Shown in pieces: positions 8,475 to 17,664 of a stretch of DNA of 64,000 bases. Below the pieces are notes generated by a model. The model had not been told where the DNA came from. It was given only the letters and a program-made list of their open reading frames with translations, and made no database searches. Each line of letters begins with the position of its first letter. The stretch's first letter is position 1. The position numbers and the translations under genes are program-made. This stretch comes from an uncultured virus (IMG/VR IMGVR_UViG_3300042006_000071). Lineage: Duplodnaviria; Heunggongvirae; Uroviricota; Caudoviricetes. The DNA lies in IMG/VR virus record IMGVR_UViG_3300042006_000071. One strand, written 5' to 3'.

Positions 8475-8699
8475 ATGAACGTAAGCACCACCCTCCTGGC
8501 CGCGCACATGCGCAAGAGCCGCAAGCAGCAAGAGCAGCGCGTGATCGACCACGGCATCGCCAATGCCAACGGCGCGGGCGACCCGATCATCGACAACGCG
8601 CTGCGTGTGAACCTGATGGGCCAGCATCCTATCGGCAAGCCGATGATGAAGATCGTCTCGGCCTCCATCGCAATCGCATTCGACGACGGAGCGCTGTGA
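8475..8699 (+). CDS. hypothetical protein
   Basis: AAGGAG RBS. Confidence 0.8.
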   Translation: MNVSTTLLAAHMRKSRKQQEQRVIDHGIANANGAGDPIIDNALRVNLMGQHPIGKPMMKIVSASIAIAFDDGAL

Positions 8700-9649
8700 T
8701 GCGTGACTACCAATCCTACAAGGAGATCAAGTTCAGCCAGCCAACCCTCGACCTGATCCACATCTGCAAGCAGATCATCATCGAGTACATGCGCCAGGGC
8801 TACGTGCTGTCCGTGCGTCAGTTGTACTACCAACTGGTCGCGCGTGACCACGTGCCGAACACGGTGCAGTCGTACAAGCGCGTGGCCGACATCGTGAACA
8901 ACGCACGCATGGCGGGCTTGCTGCCGTGGGATGCAATCGAAGACCGCACCCGCGAGTTTGTCGAGCGCACCCGCTGGACTTGCCCGCGCCAGATCATCGA
9001 AGCGTCGCACGACAGCTACCACATGGACATGTGGGACAACCAGCCGAACCGCGTGTTCGTGGTCGTCGAGAAGGAGGCGCTGGTCGGCGTGCTCGATCCG
9101 GTCTGCCGCAAGTTCGACGTGCCGCTGCTCGCTGCACGCGGCTATCCGTCGTCGTCTGTGCTGCGCGAGTTCGCGCTGCTGAAGATCATGCCAGCGCTGC
9201 AAGCGGGCCAGGACGTGACGATCCTGCACCTGGGCGACCATGACCCGTCCGGCATGGACATGACCCGCGACCTCGACGAGAAGCTGAACCTGTTCAGCGA
9301 GTCCCGCGTGTTCGACGCGATCCTGACCATCGACCGCATCGCATTGACGATGGATCAGATCGACGACCAGCAGCCGCCACCGAACCCGGCGAAGTCCACG
9401 GACAGCCGCTATGCGGAGTACAGCGACATCTACGGCGAGCAGTCGTGGGAGTTGGACGCGCTGTCGCCGCAATTCCTCGACAACCTCGTGAGCGGCGAGA
9501 TCGAGAACCTGCGCGACGATCACGCCTGGGACGCGCGCATGAAGCGCGTGAAGGGCTACAAGTCCGAGATCGCAAAGCTGATCCCGATGGTGTCCGGCAT
9601 CGAGCAGGTGAACAAAGACGACGAAGGAGACGATGATGGCGACGAATGA
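8696..9649 (+). CDS. Spo11/topoisomerase VI subunit A-like (winged helix + TOPRIM) protein
   Basis: SVRQLYY, VVEKEAL, RGYPS, LGDHDPSG and WELDAL motifs in Top6A order. Confidence 0.75.
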   Translation: MMRDYQSYKEIKFSQPTLDLIHICKQIIIEYMRQGYVLSVRQLYYQLVARDHVPNTVQSYKRVADIVNNARMAGLLPWDAIEDRTREFVERTRWTCPRQIIEASHDSYHMDMWDNQPNRVFVVVEKEALVGVLDPVCRKFDVPLLAARGYPSSSVLREFALLKIMPALQAGQDVTILHLGDHDPSGMDMTRDLDEKLNLFSESRVFDAILTIDRIALTMDQIDDQQPPPNPAKSTDSRYAEYSDIYGEQSWELDALSPQFLDNLVSGEIENLRDDHAWDARMKRVKGYKSEIAKLIPMVSGIEQVNKDDEGDDDGDE

Positions 9650-9857
9650 GGCGCAAGAGTTCAAGCGCAAGATGGCTGAATACATGGCGACCCTGGACGA
9701 CGGTAAGTATGCCGACGACGCCCGTGAAATCCTGGGCGAGTTCGGCGACTGGCTCTACCCGGAACTGGCGAAAGAGCGTGCGGTCAAGCGTGCGCTCGAC
9801 AAGCTGACCGACGCCGACATCGAGGCGCTGGGCCTGAACCATTTGGCGAAGGAGTAA
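9633..9857 (+). CDS. hypothetical protein
   Basis: AAGGAG RBS; overlaps previous stop. Confidence 0.8.
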   Translation: MMATNEAQEFKRKMAEYMATLDDGKYADDAREILGEFGDWLYPELAKERAVKRALDKLTDADIEALGLNHLAKE

Positions 9858-9859
9858 TC

Positions 9860-10417
9860 ATGGGCCACAAGTACGACGAGTTCTACCGCAACCTGTGCGA
9901 CGCGAAGGTGGTCACGTCCACGGCCATCCGCGAGGCCGAGCGCCTGGGCCTGTCCACCACGCTCGACGAACTGAAGGACTGCTACGGCGTGCTGCACAAG
10001 ATCACCAACAACGTCATCACGAAGATCGAGGCCGAACACGTGGCGGGCCTGATCGAACGCCGAGAAGAGAAGCGCCGCGTCGCTGAACAAGGCTACTCAG
10101 TCTCGTCCGAGCAGTATCACACTGGCGGCTTGCCGAGCGCCGGTACGCCGCGCATCATCGCCGAGGGTCGCAGCGCGACCATCAGCCCTGAGTTCTCGCC
10201 GTCGCAGATGGTGAACATCATGCACAACTGCGGCATGTCCGTCCACGTGATCGACGAGCACACCGACTTCGATCAACTCACCCGGCGACTCAACCTGAAG
10301 GAGAACCGCGATGATTCCTGTGCCGCCCCAGCAGAAGGACATTCCACCCCCGCCGCAGCCGATCCTGCGTCGTCCTCCCCCGAAGCCGATCAAGGCTCCT
10401 GCGGAGGATCGGAATGA
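9860..10417 (+). CDS. hypothetical protein
   Basis: AAGGAG RBS; low-complexity C-terminus. Confidence 0.75.
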   Translation: MGHKYDEFYRNLCDAKVVTSTAIREAERLGLSTTLDELKDCYGVLHKITNNVITKIEAEHVAGLIERREEKRRVAEQGYSVSSEQYHTGGLPSAGTPRIIAEGRSATISPEFSPSQMVNIMHNCGMSVHVIDEHTDFDQLTRRLNLKENRDDSCAAPAEGHSTPAAADPASSSPEADQGSCGGSE

Positions 10418-10911
10418 CCCTCGCCGCCACCACCGCCCGCGCAACTGATCTGGCCTTAGCCGCGTTCGACACGCCGATGCCGGAACTGGTGAAGGAGTGG
10501 GTCGGCCCGGCCAGCGTGCGCCACTACCACCTGAAGGGCGAGGCGTTCACGCTCTGCGACGCGCACAGCACGACCGGCGAAGGTGAGGCGGGCTACAGTG
10601 CCACCTGCCCCACCTGCAAGCACGTGAAGCGCGCCATGCACGCCACGCGGCGCATTGAGGCCCAGGCGCGAGCACGTGAGGCCGCGCGCAAGGCAGAACT
10701 GGAAACCCTGTTCGACGCGGCGTTCGTCGAAGAGGCAGGCCCACCGCATCCGAGCGACATCGACGATGCGGTCTTGTCCCGCGTGCTGAAGCGCCGGGCC
10801 AACACGATTGAGCAAGACGGAGATAGGGAAGCGGCGTACTACCTCCGAGAAGCAGCACGCCGCATTGACCTCATTTATGGATACAAGGAGAACAAGAATG
10901 GAACCTATTAA
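10414..10911 (+). CDS. hypothetical protein with H...LC...CxxC motif
   Basis: ATGA coupling; GGAGG RBS. Confidence 0.75.
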   Translation: MTLAATTARATDLALAAFDTPMPELVKEWVGPASVRHYHLKGEAFTLCDAHSTTGEGEAGYSATCPTCKHVKRAMHATRRIEAQARAREAARKAELETLFDAAFVEEAGPPHPSDIDDAVLSRVLKRRANTIEQDGDREAAYYLREAARRIDLIYGYKENKNGTY

Positions 10912-12094
10912 CAAACCACCTATCACGCGCGACGAGGCGGGCAAGATCGCATTGCGCGTGAAAGAGCACTGCGGCGTCTTCCTGGCGAAAGAATTGATCC
11001 GCATGTTCAGCGTCGAACGAATGGTGAACCTGCCGGAATCACGGTACGCCGAGTTCGCCGCTGTCGCCAACAAGATGATCGAGCAGCCGACGTATGCGGA
11101 AGCGGCGCGTGCGCTGATGGACGCCTACGACGAACGCGCGATCCTGCCTAGTCATGGACTCACAGTGGAAGCGCAACGCAAGGAGCAATCTGTTGGTCAC
11201 GTGACGGCACACTACACGCCGAACGACGTGATCTCCATGCTGTTGCAGATCGCGTTCAAGGCCGAGAAGCTGGTCGCTACCACGAATGTCAGCCAGGGCA
11301 ACCAGTACGTCTTCCCGCACACGGTCGGCGACGTGGAAGCATACAAGGAACTGTGCGAAGAACTGGGCGTGTTGAGCGCGCTGCCGTTCAATGTGGCGCA
11401 GGGCGACGAGGATCGCGGCTCGCTGCGCGCCAAGCGCTTCCTGGCGTCCTTCCTGCCGTTTCAGCACATCAACAGCGTGCGCGTTGACATCAGCGACGAA
11501 GACGCGGAGGCGCTGAAGCAAACCCTGGACGCGCCCGGCCTGCGCGAACTGGTTGCGGGTGTGTCTGCGCCGGTCGTCGGCCAAGTCTTCACGGTGCGCA
11601 GCTACGACGACAAGTTCGTGGAAGACTTGCTGGTCAGCGTGGCCGACATCAGCAGCGACGGTCGCCGGTTCCGCGCGTGCGCTCACCTGTTTGCGCTGGC
11701 GAACTCCGAAGACGAAAGCCTGCAAGCCGACGTGCAGAACGTGGTGAACGAAGTGATCCCGATTCAGAAGCAGATGGACAGCTACATGCCGAGCCTGAAT
11801 GAAATTCGTCAGATCGTCGATCTCCTTGTGCAGCGCGGCCTGATCGCCGACGACACCGCACCGGAGAACAACGTCAACTTGTACGCCACCTGGGAGGTGA
11901 TGCGCCAGGATGCGCTGGCGATTGCCCGCCTGATCGTCGAGCAGTACCGCGAGCACGTCGGCGGCAACCGCGTGATCTGCAAGCACTGCTGCGCGGTCAT
12001 GCCGGACGACGCCGAGGACACCCTGGCCGAACAGCACGCGAGCGACTGCGTGGTGAACAAGGCCCGCCAGTTCATTGAGGACACCGACGTATGA
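10898..12094 (+). CDS. multi-domain hypothetical protein
   Basis: AAGGAG RBS; N-terminal domain similar to 61413-61826; C-terminal CxxC...HxxxC. Confidence 0.85.
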   Translation: MEPINKPPITRDEAGKIALRVKEHCGVFLAKELIRMFSVERMVNLPESRYAEFAAVANKMIEQPTYAEAARALMDAYDERAILPSHGLTVEAQRKEQSVGHVTAHYTPNDVISMLLQIAFKAEKLVATTNVSQGNQYVFPHTVGDVEAYKELCEELGVLSALPFNVAQGDEDRGSLRAKRFLASFLPFQHINSVRVDISDEDAEALKQTLDAPGLRELVAGVSAPVVGQVFTVRSYDDKFVEDLLVSVADISSDGRRFRACAHLFALANSEDESLQADVQNVVNEVIPIQKQMDSYMPSLNEIRQIVDLLVQRGLIADDTAPENNVNLYATWEVMRQDALAIARLIVEQYREHVGGNRVICKHCCAVMPDDAEDTLAEQHASDCVVNKARQFIEDTDV

Positions 12095-12393
12095 GCAACA
12101 TCTACGATCTGTACCGCAAGCGCGTGATCCTGATCGGCGGGCCAGCGGCGGGGCGCATGGTCATCCTCGACGGCAAGATGATGAACTACGTTGTCGAGGA
12201 ACCGGGGTCAATGACTGTCGGCGCAAAAGGGCCAGCGAAGCGGCACGAATACTGGGTCACGACCAGTCCGTTCGACTGGGACGACGAAGGCCCGATCTTC
12301 GTCGCCACCACCGAGACGCCGGGCAAACGCAACGTGAGGAAGACGCTGCTCGAAGAGTACGTGCGCCTCGCCGCCAAGGAGCACGGCAAATGA
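12091..12393 (+). CDS. hypothetical protein
   Basis: ATGA coupling; IGGPxxG motif. Confidence 0.8.
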   Translation: MSNIYDLYRKRVILIGGPAAGRMVILDGKMMNYVVEEPGSMTVGAKGPAKRHEYWVTTSPFDWDDEGPIFVATTETPGKRNVRKTLLEEYVRLAAKEHGK

Positions 12394-12722
12394 TCCAACA
12401 CCCAGGGCGCGCACTGCCTGGAACCACCGTGTTCAAGACGGCGCTGCTGAACGACATCCCGGCGATGACTGATCCACTTGGCAGGCACTGGGACATGCCA
12501 CCGAACATGCGCGAGGTCGTGATGGACGACACGCACGTGTGGCTCACGAAGGCGCAGGTGCGCGCCCTTCCTGAGTACAGCAGTAGCTACCCGTCTGGAA
12601 CCTACGACGGCAAGTGCTGGATGCGCGACGGCGGCGATCAGCAATGGCTGTGCTGGTACTATCCAAGTCCAAAACCCAAGACCATCAATATCGGCTCTCG
12701 AATTATCGTAATCACCAACTGA
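12390..12722 (+). CDS. hypothetical protein
   Basis: ATGA coupling, AAGGAG RBS; YSSSYPSGTYDGKCW motif. Confidence 0.8.
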   Translation: MIQHPGRALPGTTVFKTALLNDIPAMTDPLGRHWDMPPNMREVVMDDTHVWLTKAQVRALPEYSSSYPSGTYDGKCWMRDGGDQQWLCWYYPSPKPKTINIGSRIIVITN

Positions 12723-12739
12723 AGAAGGAGAAGAAAACA

Positions 12740-13360
12740 ATGATTGGCTACCTACTCACGCGACCAGCAATTCGCAACTGGATCATCAAGCGCGCCATGC
12801 GCACACCGGACGACCCGATCTACGCAGCAGACGGCAGTGGCGCGATCTACATGAATCGCTACTGGCTGTTCAACCCGCTGACGAAGAAGGGCGACGGCGA
12901 GTGGGTGCGCAAGCACCGCCTGATCCCGTTCTCGATTCGCGTCCACAACATCCGACTGCCGGACGATGATCGTCACATGCACGACCACCCGTTCAACGCA
13001 CGCACGTGGATCATGGTGGGCGGTTATGAAGAACTGCGCGCTGAACGCATCGACTACTTCGGCGAGACTGGCCGCTATCGCAACCCGGCATTCATCGGCG
13101 AGCGCTACATCGGCGGGAACTACGAAGACGATCTGGTCGGTGTTGAGTATGCGCGCCACGAAGGCAGTTCGACCACGCTGACCTTCGAGCACTACCACAG
13201 GATCACACGCATCTACGAGCACAACAACCCAATCGGGCCGGGCGCGTGGACGTTCTTCTGCTTCGGCGACTACATCGGCCCCTGGGGCTTCCTCGTGGAC
13301 GGCGCGAAGATGGTTCACCGCGAATACATCGCCAAGTTCAAGCAGAAGGTGACGATGTAA
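12740..13360 (+). CDS. cupin-fold metal-binding protein
   Basis: HDHPF...GGYEE...HRI cupin-type motifs; AAGGAG RBS. Confidence 0.7.
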   Translation: MIGYLLTRPAIRNWIIKRAMRTPDDPIYAADGSGAIYMNRYWLFNPLTKKGDGEWVRKHRLIPFSIRVHNIRLPDDDRHMHDHPFNARTWIMVGGYEELRAERIDYFGETGRYRNPAFIGERYIGGNYEDDLVGVEYARHEGSSTTLTFEHYHRITRIYEHNNPIGPGAWTFFCFGDYIGPWGFLVDGAKMVHREYIAKFKQKVTM

Positions 13361-13686
13361 TGGTGATGCAATACGACTATGAGTCCAAGCACTCACGCGA
13401 CGCAATGAAGAAGATCACGCGCTTCCTCGTCGGTCGCTGGGGCAAGGGTGCCACCCAAAGTCAGATTGCATTGAAGACCGGCATGACCACGCCCACGGTC
13501 AGCCGGTATCTGAAATACCTCATGGAGCAGAACGAAGTACATGAGGCGGGCAAAACTGATTCTGCACGTGGCGGCAAAGCCGTCCTTTATAAACCTGGGC
13601 CTAACCCGAATCCGCCGCCCCCGCGCCGACCAAAGCGCGAGTACACGGACTTACCGTTGGCCTTCTTTGGAGTACAAACAAAATGA
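13360..13686 (+). CDS. winged helix-turn-helix DNA-binding protein
   Basis: ATQSQIALKTGMTTPTVSRYLKYL helix-turn-helix and wing; TAATG coupling. Confidence 0.8.
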   Translation: MVMQYDYESKHSRDAMKKITRFLVGRWGKGATQSQIALKTGMTTPTVSRYLKYLMEQNEVHEAGKTDSARGGKAVLYKPGPNPNPPPPRRPKREYTDLPLAFFGVQTK

Positions 13687-13994
13687 GCGTGAATGCACAA
13701 GCGCTGACGCCCTGGTTCAAGGCGACAGAGCACCACCCTGGACACGTCGGCCCGTACCGCTGCCGCACGAACCTGCCGTATCGCGGCAAGACGCCGGAAG
13801 AACAGACCTATCACATGCGCTGGTGGGATGGTGCCGACTGGTCGTTCCCCCTGGACTTCGACCCCGACCTCGACGACGAAATCCTGCCGCCGACGAAGGA
13901 GCAAATGCTGAAGGCCGCTGACCCGGTGGACACCGCGATCCTCCTTGACCGTTTCGACTGGCAAGGTTACACGTCGGATCAAGACCCGTTGTAA
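13683..13994 (+). CDS. hypothetical protein
   Basis: LTPWF...PGHVGPY...WWDG...WQG motif; ATGA coupling. Confidence 0.8.
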   Translation: MSVNAQALTPWFKATEHHPGHVGPYRCRTNLPYRGKTPEEQTYHMRWWDGADWSFPLDFDPDLDDEILPPTKEQMLKAADPVDTAILLDRFDWQGYTSDQDPL

Positions 13995-14011
13995 AATATT
14001 CGGTAAATGTG

Positions 14012-14040
14012 TTGACAAGGAATTTCCTAGTCAGTACACT
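14012..14040 (+). promoter_or_regulatory. near-consensus sigma70 promoter with 21-bp dyad (14013-14033)
   Basis: TTGACA-17-TACACT; TGACAAGGAA-T-TTCCTAGTCA palindrome with one mismatch. Confidence 0.85.
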
Positions 14041-14071
14041 TACCGAAAATCATTTGACAAGGAGAAACCCT

Positions 14072-14548
14072 GTGACTAAACAGAAAATGAGTGTGAACGG
14101 GCTGGCGAACATCGGCGCGTTCATGTCCCGCGTGCCGACCGCGAACGTCGATCCGGCACCGCCGAAGTCCAGCCAGGAGGCCATCGTGACGAAGACGGTT
14201 GGCGCGCTCACGCCGCATGCCAAGATCACCTCCGACGCGATCTCGAAGGTGGTGGCCGCTGCCGTGCGCGAGGCGTTCAACCTGGGCCACGCCACCGCCC
14301 TGGCGCAGAACGACATGGTAGAAGCGCTGCTGAAGAAGCAGTACGACGCCCGCACGCAACTCACACTGCCTGCCGCCGTGGCTGCGATCATGGAGCAGAC
14401 CGGCATGGACGAACTGATCCTCGACCTGACCGCCGTGTCCACCGTGTTCGACCGCTGCAAGATCGACATGGCCGTGAACCCGGTGGACGACAAGGGCGAT
14501 CTGATCGAGTACAAGCTGACCCACTTCGCCGACGAGGTGAAAGCATGA
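14072..14548 (+). CDS. hypothetical protein
   Basis: AAGGAG RBS before GTG at 14072. Confidence 0.8.
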   Translation: MTKQKMSVNGLANIGAFMSRVPTANVDPAPPKSSQEAIVTKTVGALTPHAKITSDAISKVVAAAVREAFNLGHATALAQNDMVEALLKKQYDARTQLTLPAAVAAIMEQTGMDELILDLTAVSTVFDRCKIDMAVNPVDDKGDLIEYKLTHFADEVKA

Positions 14549-14898
14549 AGACGCTGGCCGACATCCTGCTCCATCCGTATCTCCACCAGCAGCGCAAGCA
14601 CGACCTGGGCGACGACTACACGCAGCGCGAGGTCAATAGCTGGGACAACATGCGCCTCGTCGAAGCGATCAGCGACGCCCTGGAAGAACGCCTGACGCCG
14701 CAGGTGCCGGAAGCACCCAGTAAAGACAAGTCGGTGATGACACCTGTGATGTGGGCAGTTCGCACCGAAGCCCTGGCTGACGTGATGGCGATGCTGGGCG
14801 CGCACGCCACCCCGGAAGAACTGGCCGACTGGTTGAAGGACGAGCACGCGGCATCCAAAGCAAACAAGACGCGCGAAGAGTGGGAGAACGAAATATGA
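14545..14898 (+). CDS. hypothetical protein
   Basis: ATGA coupling; GAGGTG RBS. Confidence 0.8.
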   Translation: MKTLADILLHPYLHQQRKHDLGDDYTQREVNSWDNMRLVEAISDALEERLTPQVPEAPSKDKSVMTPVMWAVRTEALADVMAMLGAHATPEELADWLKDEHAASKANKTREEWENEI

Positions 14899-15116
14899 GC
14901 GCCATCAAGCAATGGCTGGTCGATCCAGTCAACACCGAGACGCCGTGCTACATCACGAACAAGCCGGAAGTGGCGCAGAAGCGCGCCAACGCGGGCGACT
15001 ACGTGGTGGAACTCGAACGCAGCGCGGCGCACTGCAACCGCCCAGGCTTCGCACCGTACTACCGCCAAGTGAAGCCTGCCGTCAGCCAACCTAAGACTGA
15101 GGACGACGAACTGTGA
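14895..15116 (+). CDS. hypothetical protein ending -DDEL
   Basis: ATGA coupling; GGAG RBS. Confidence 0.75.
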   Translation: MSAIKQWLVDPVNTETPCYITNKPEVAQKRANAGDYVVELERSAAHCNRPGFAPYYRQVKPAVSQPKTEDDEL

Positions 15117-16081
15117 AAGCCATCAAAGCCTACACCCCTTTGCGCCTGACCGACCCTGCACTGTACAACTGGTGCAAGACGGCCTCGCGCTCCATGCGCA
15201 CGATGGGCGTGCTCGAACACTTCCTGGCGAAAGACCCGGCACCGCACGCCTGGAACAGCATGGGACTGATCGCACCGTTCCACACCGATCAGCCTGTCCA
15301 CGACCTCGACGGCGCGGCCTACCTGCTGGCCTACCAGTTCAACGACCGCATCCTGCCAGGGCCGGTGCGCGACGAGAAGATGCTGGCCCGCATTGCCGAT
15401 CTGCGCGAGAAGGAAGACCGCGAGCCGACGAAGCAGGAGTACGCGCAGATTCGTGATGCGGTCGAGTCCGAACTGCTGCCGCAGGCGTTCATCCGCCGCA
15501 CGCACATTCCGGTGCTCGTCTTCAAAGACAAGGTGCTGATCTGCACCACGGCGGCGAAGAAGGTCAGCGACATCACGCACCACCTGACGCAGTTGATGGT
15601 CGTGCGCAAAATCGCTGGCACCTTCGAGTTGGTATGGACGCAGGAGGACATCGCTCCGACTTTGAAGAAGTGCGTGCTCGATGACGTGATCGAAACGAGC
15701 AACGGCTTCACCTTCGAGGCCAGCGACGCCGCAGTGTTCAAGGGTGCCGACAAGCGCACGCTGACAATCAAGGCGCGCTCGATGTCCCGCAAGGACGTGC
15801 AACTGGCCCTGGTCGAAGGCAGCTACGACGTGACCGCGTTGAAGATGGACTGGCAGACGGAAGACGGCGAGAGCATGGCGTCGTTCACGCTGACCGACAA
15901 GTTCGTGGTCAAGTCGATCAAGCTGGCCGAGACTCCCGAACTGAAGTCGGCAGAAGACGCGCACGCGACCTTCTACATCTTCGCCCGGCAGTTGAGCCAA
16001 CTGCACGAAGACATCGTTGACGCACTGGGCGGCTACACGCACGGCCCTGAAGGCGGCAACGATGAAGACGACGAACTCTAA
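15113..16081 (+). CDS. rdgC: recombination-associated protein RdgC homolog (ends -DDEL)
   Basis: SMGLIAP, RILPGPV...ELLPQAF motifs and ~320-aa length typical of RdgC. Confidence 0.85.
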   Translation: MKAIKAYTPLRLTDPALYNWCKTASRSMRTMGVLEHFLAKDPAPHAWNSMGLIAPFHTDQPVHDLDGAAYLLAYQFNDRILPGPVRDEKMLARIADLREKEDREPTKQEYAQIRDAVESELLPQAFIRRTHIPVLVFKDKVLICTTAAKKVSDITHHLTQLMVVRKIAGTFELVWTQEDIAPTLKKCVLDDVIETSNGFTFEASDAAVFKGADKRTLTIKARSMSRKDVQLALVEGSYDVTALKMDWQTEDGESMASFTLTDKFVVKSIKLAETPELKSAEDAHATFYIFARQLSQLHEDIVDALGGYTHGPEGGNDEDDEL

Positions 16082-16112
16082 CCGCCCGCACTGGTGCGTA
16101 GGGAGAGCCTTT

Positions 16113-16352
16113 ATGCCAAAGCCAAAGACCGGCCACGTTCAGACGCAAGTGCTGGTGAATAAGATGGCCTACATGAAGCCCGGTCAGTCCTTCTTCGTGG
16201 AGGGCGTGAGCCGTGCAGACATGGAATTCCTGCGCCGACCAGTGAAACGCATGGGCATCGGTATTCGGATCGTCGAGGTTGAATGCGACGAGATTTACCA
16301 ATGCCACGGCGTCCGTGTTTGGCGTGAGGAAGGCGAGTATGACGAACTCTGA
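16113..16352 (+). CDS. small putative DNA-binding protein ending -YDEL
   Basis: MKPGQSFFV...GVRVWR motif; GGAG RBS. Confidence 0.7.
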   Translation: MPKPKTGHVQTQVLVNKMAYMKPGQSFFVEGVSRADMEFLRRPVKRMGIGIRIVEVECDEIYQCHGVRVWREEGEYDEL

Positions 16353-16557
16353 CGAAGAGACAGAGGTGGAGAAGCTGCGCCGACTGCTGCGTGTGGCCCT
16401 GGGCCATGCCGACGCATACAAGGTGCACTTCCACCACCTGCAAGAGAGCATGTGGGCCGCTGAGAAGCTGGCCTACAAGCGGAAGGAAATCATCGAGCGG
16501 CAGCGCTCCATGATCGAAGACTACGAGGCCCGCCTGGGCCTCACCGATGAACTGTAA
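16339..16557 (+). CDS. coiled-coil protein ending -TDEL
   Basis: GAGGA RBS; overlaps previous gene end. Confidence 0.75.
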   Translation: MTNSDEETEVEKLRRLLRVALGHADAYKVHFHHLQESMWAAEKLAYKRKEIIERQRSMIEDYEARLGLTDEL

Positions 16558-16563
16558 ATCAAT

Positions 16564-16584
16564 TAACACTGTTTAACCCTGTCA
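16564..16584. promoter_or_regulatory. 21-bp dyad operator-like site
   Basis: TAACACTGTTTAACCCTGTCA in intergenic gap upstream of the histone-like gene. Confidence 0.65.
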
Positions 16585-16608
16585 GTCCATTTACACAAGG
16601 AGATTCAA

Positions 16609-17247
16609 ATGGCAACCACCCGCAAAACCGCAACCGCGAAAGTCACCGCAACCTCGTTCAACCCGTCTGCCGACGCAGTGAAACGCACGCCAGCGGCCAA
16701 GAAGCCTGCCCGCCAAGTCGATCAGAAGCGCGTGGCCGCAACCAAAGCTGCAACCGCCGCCCTGGACGCCGGTAAGCTGCGCCAGCCGAAGACGCGCAAG
16801 AGCACCGTCGCCGCCCTGGCCGATGAAACCCAGGCCAACCGCGTAGCACGCAAGGCGCGCAAGGCCGTGGGCAGCACGCAACCGCTGATCGACAAGAAAG
16901 GCAAGGCCGTGGGCAGCACGCAACCGCTGATCGACAAGAAAGGCAAGGCCGTGGGCAGCGCGAAAGCCCTGGACAAGATCGTCAGCCGTGGCAAGGTCGT
17001 GAAGGCGGCGAAGAAGGAAGACGTGCTGAAGTTCCGGGGTTTCATCATCCCGATCAAGCGCAAGTCCACCGACAGCGAAGAGAGCGTGCCGACCATCCCA
17101 GTGACCGGCGTGGGCGACACCCTGAAGCTGTTCGAGAAGCTGCCGAAGGGCTGCACTTGGATGGGCGACACCGCCGACAAAACCACCATGTCCGTGTACA
17201 ACAAGTCCGGCGCACTGATCGCCGACCTGCGCGCAGTCGCCAAGTAA
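16609..17247 (+). CDS. Lys/Ala-rich histone H1-like basic protein
   Basis: Very K/A/R/T-rich N-terminal ~135 aa plus small globular C-terminus; AAGGAG RBS. Confidence 0.75.
   Translation: MATTRKTATAKVTATSFNPSADAVKRTPAAKKPARQVDQKRVAATKAATAALDAGKLRQPKTRKSTVAALADETQANRVARKARKAVGSTQPLIDKKGKAVGSTQPLIDKKGKAVGSAKALDKIVSRGKVVKAAKKEDVLKFRGFIIPIKRKSTDSEESVPTIPVTGVGDTLKLFEKLPKGCTWMGDTADKTTMSVYNKSGALIADLRAVAK
16861..16959 (+). repeat. perfect 42-bp in-frame tandem repeat (~2.4 copies)
   Basis: aaggccgtgggcagcacgcaaccgctgatcgacaagaaaggc x2 plus 15 bp. Confidence 0.95.
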
Positions 17248-17256
17248 AGCACCACC

Positions 17257-17275
17257 GCCCGGCCTCGCGCCGGGC
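17257..17275 (+). terminator. GC hairpin after the histone-like gene (no U-tract)
   Basis: GCCCGGC-ctcgc-GCCGGGC. Confidence 0.4.
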
Positions 17276-17303
17276 ATCCCCTGAACACCGCATGGAGAAC
17301 AAG

Positions 17304-17654
17304 ATGGCAACAGTCACCATCAGCAAGACCTTCACCCGCTACGAGTTGATCGGCGTACAGCCGCGCACCGGCAAGCTGCAACCATACAACGCCGTCGTAT
17401 CGACCAACACGCTCGCCAACCGCCTCCTGGCCGCTGGCATCCCGGTTGTCGGCGTGCTGGGCATCGTGGCCGTGGAGTGGGGCAAGCTGACCGTCGAGCA
17501 TGAAGACGGCCTTGACGGCGACGAATGGAAGTACACGTGGACGGGTGAGGAAGTGCCGAAGTCCTGGCGCAAGCGCATGGCCGAACAGGGCTACCGCAAC
17601 GCCCTGGACAACCCCCTGGCCGCACGCATCGCGGCTGAAGACGACGAACTTTAA
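17304..17654 (+). CDS. hypothetical protein ending -DDEL
   Basis: GGAG RBS before ATG at 17304. Confidence 0.8.
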   Translation: MATVTISKTFTRYELIGVQPRTGKLQPYNAVVSTNTLANRLLAAGIPVVGVLGIVAVEWGKLTVEHEDGLDGDEWKYTWTGEEVPKSWRKRMAEQGYRNALDNPLAARIAAEDDEL

Positions 17655-17664
17655 GGAGTAGAAC

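Noticed and set aside
7570..15116. DEL ends as a by-product of RBS plus GTGA translational coupling
   Set aside because: Could contribute at 7585 and 15116, and overlaps also exist at 16352 and 54089, but six other DEL ends have no overlapping start and use different Leu codons
16861..16959. 42-bp repeat as a CRISPR array or DGR repeat
   Set aside because: Contiguous in-frame coding duplication with no spacers; no reverse transcriptase seen
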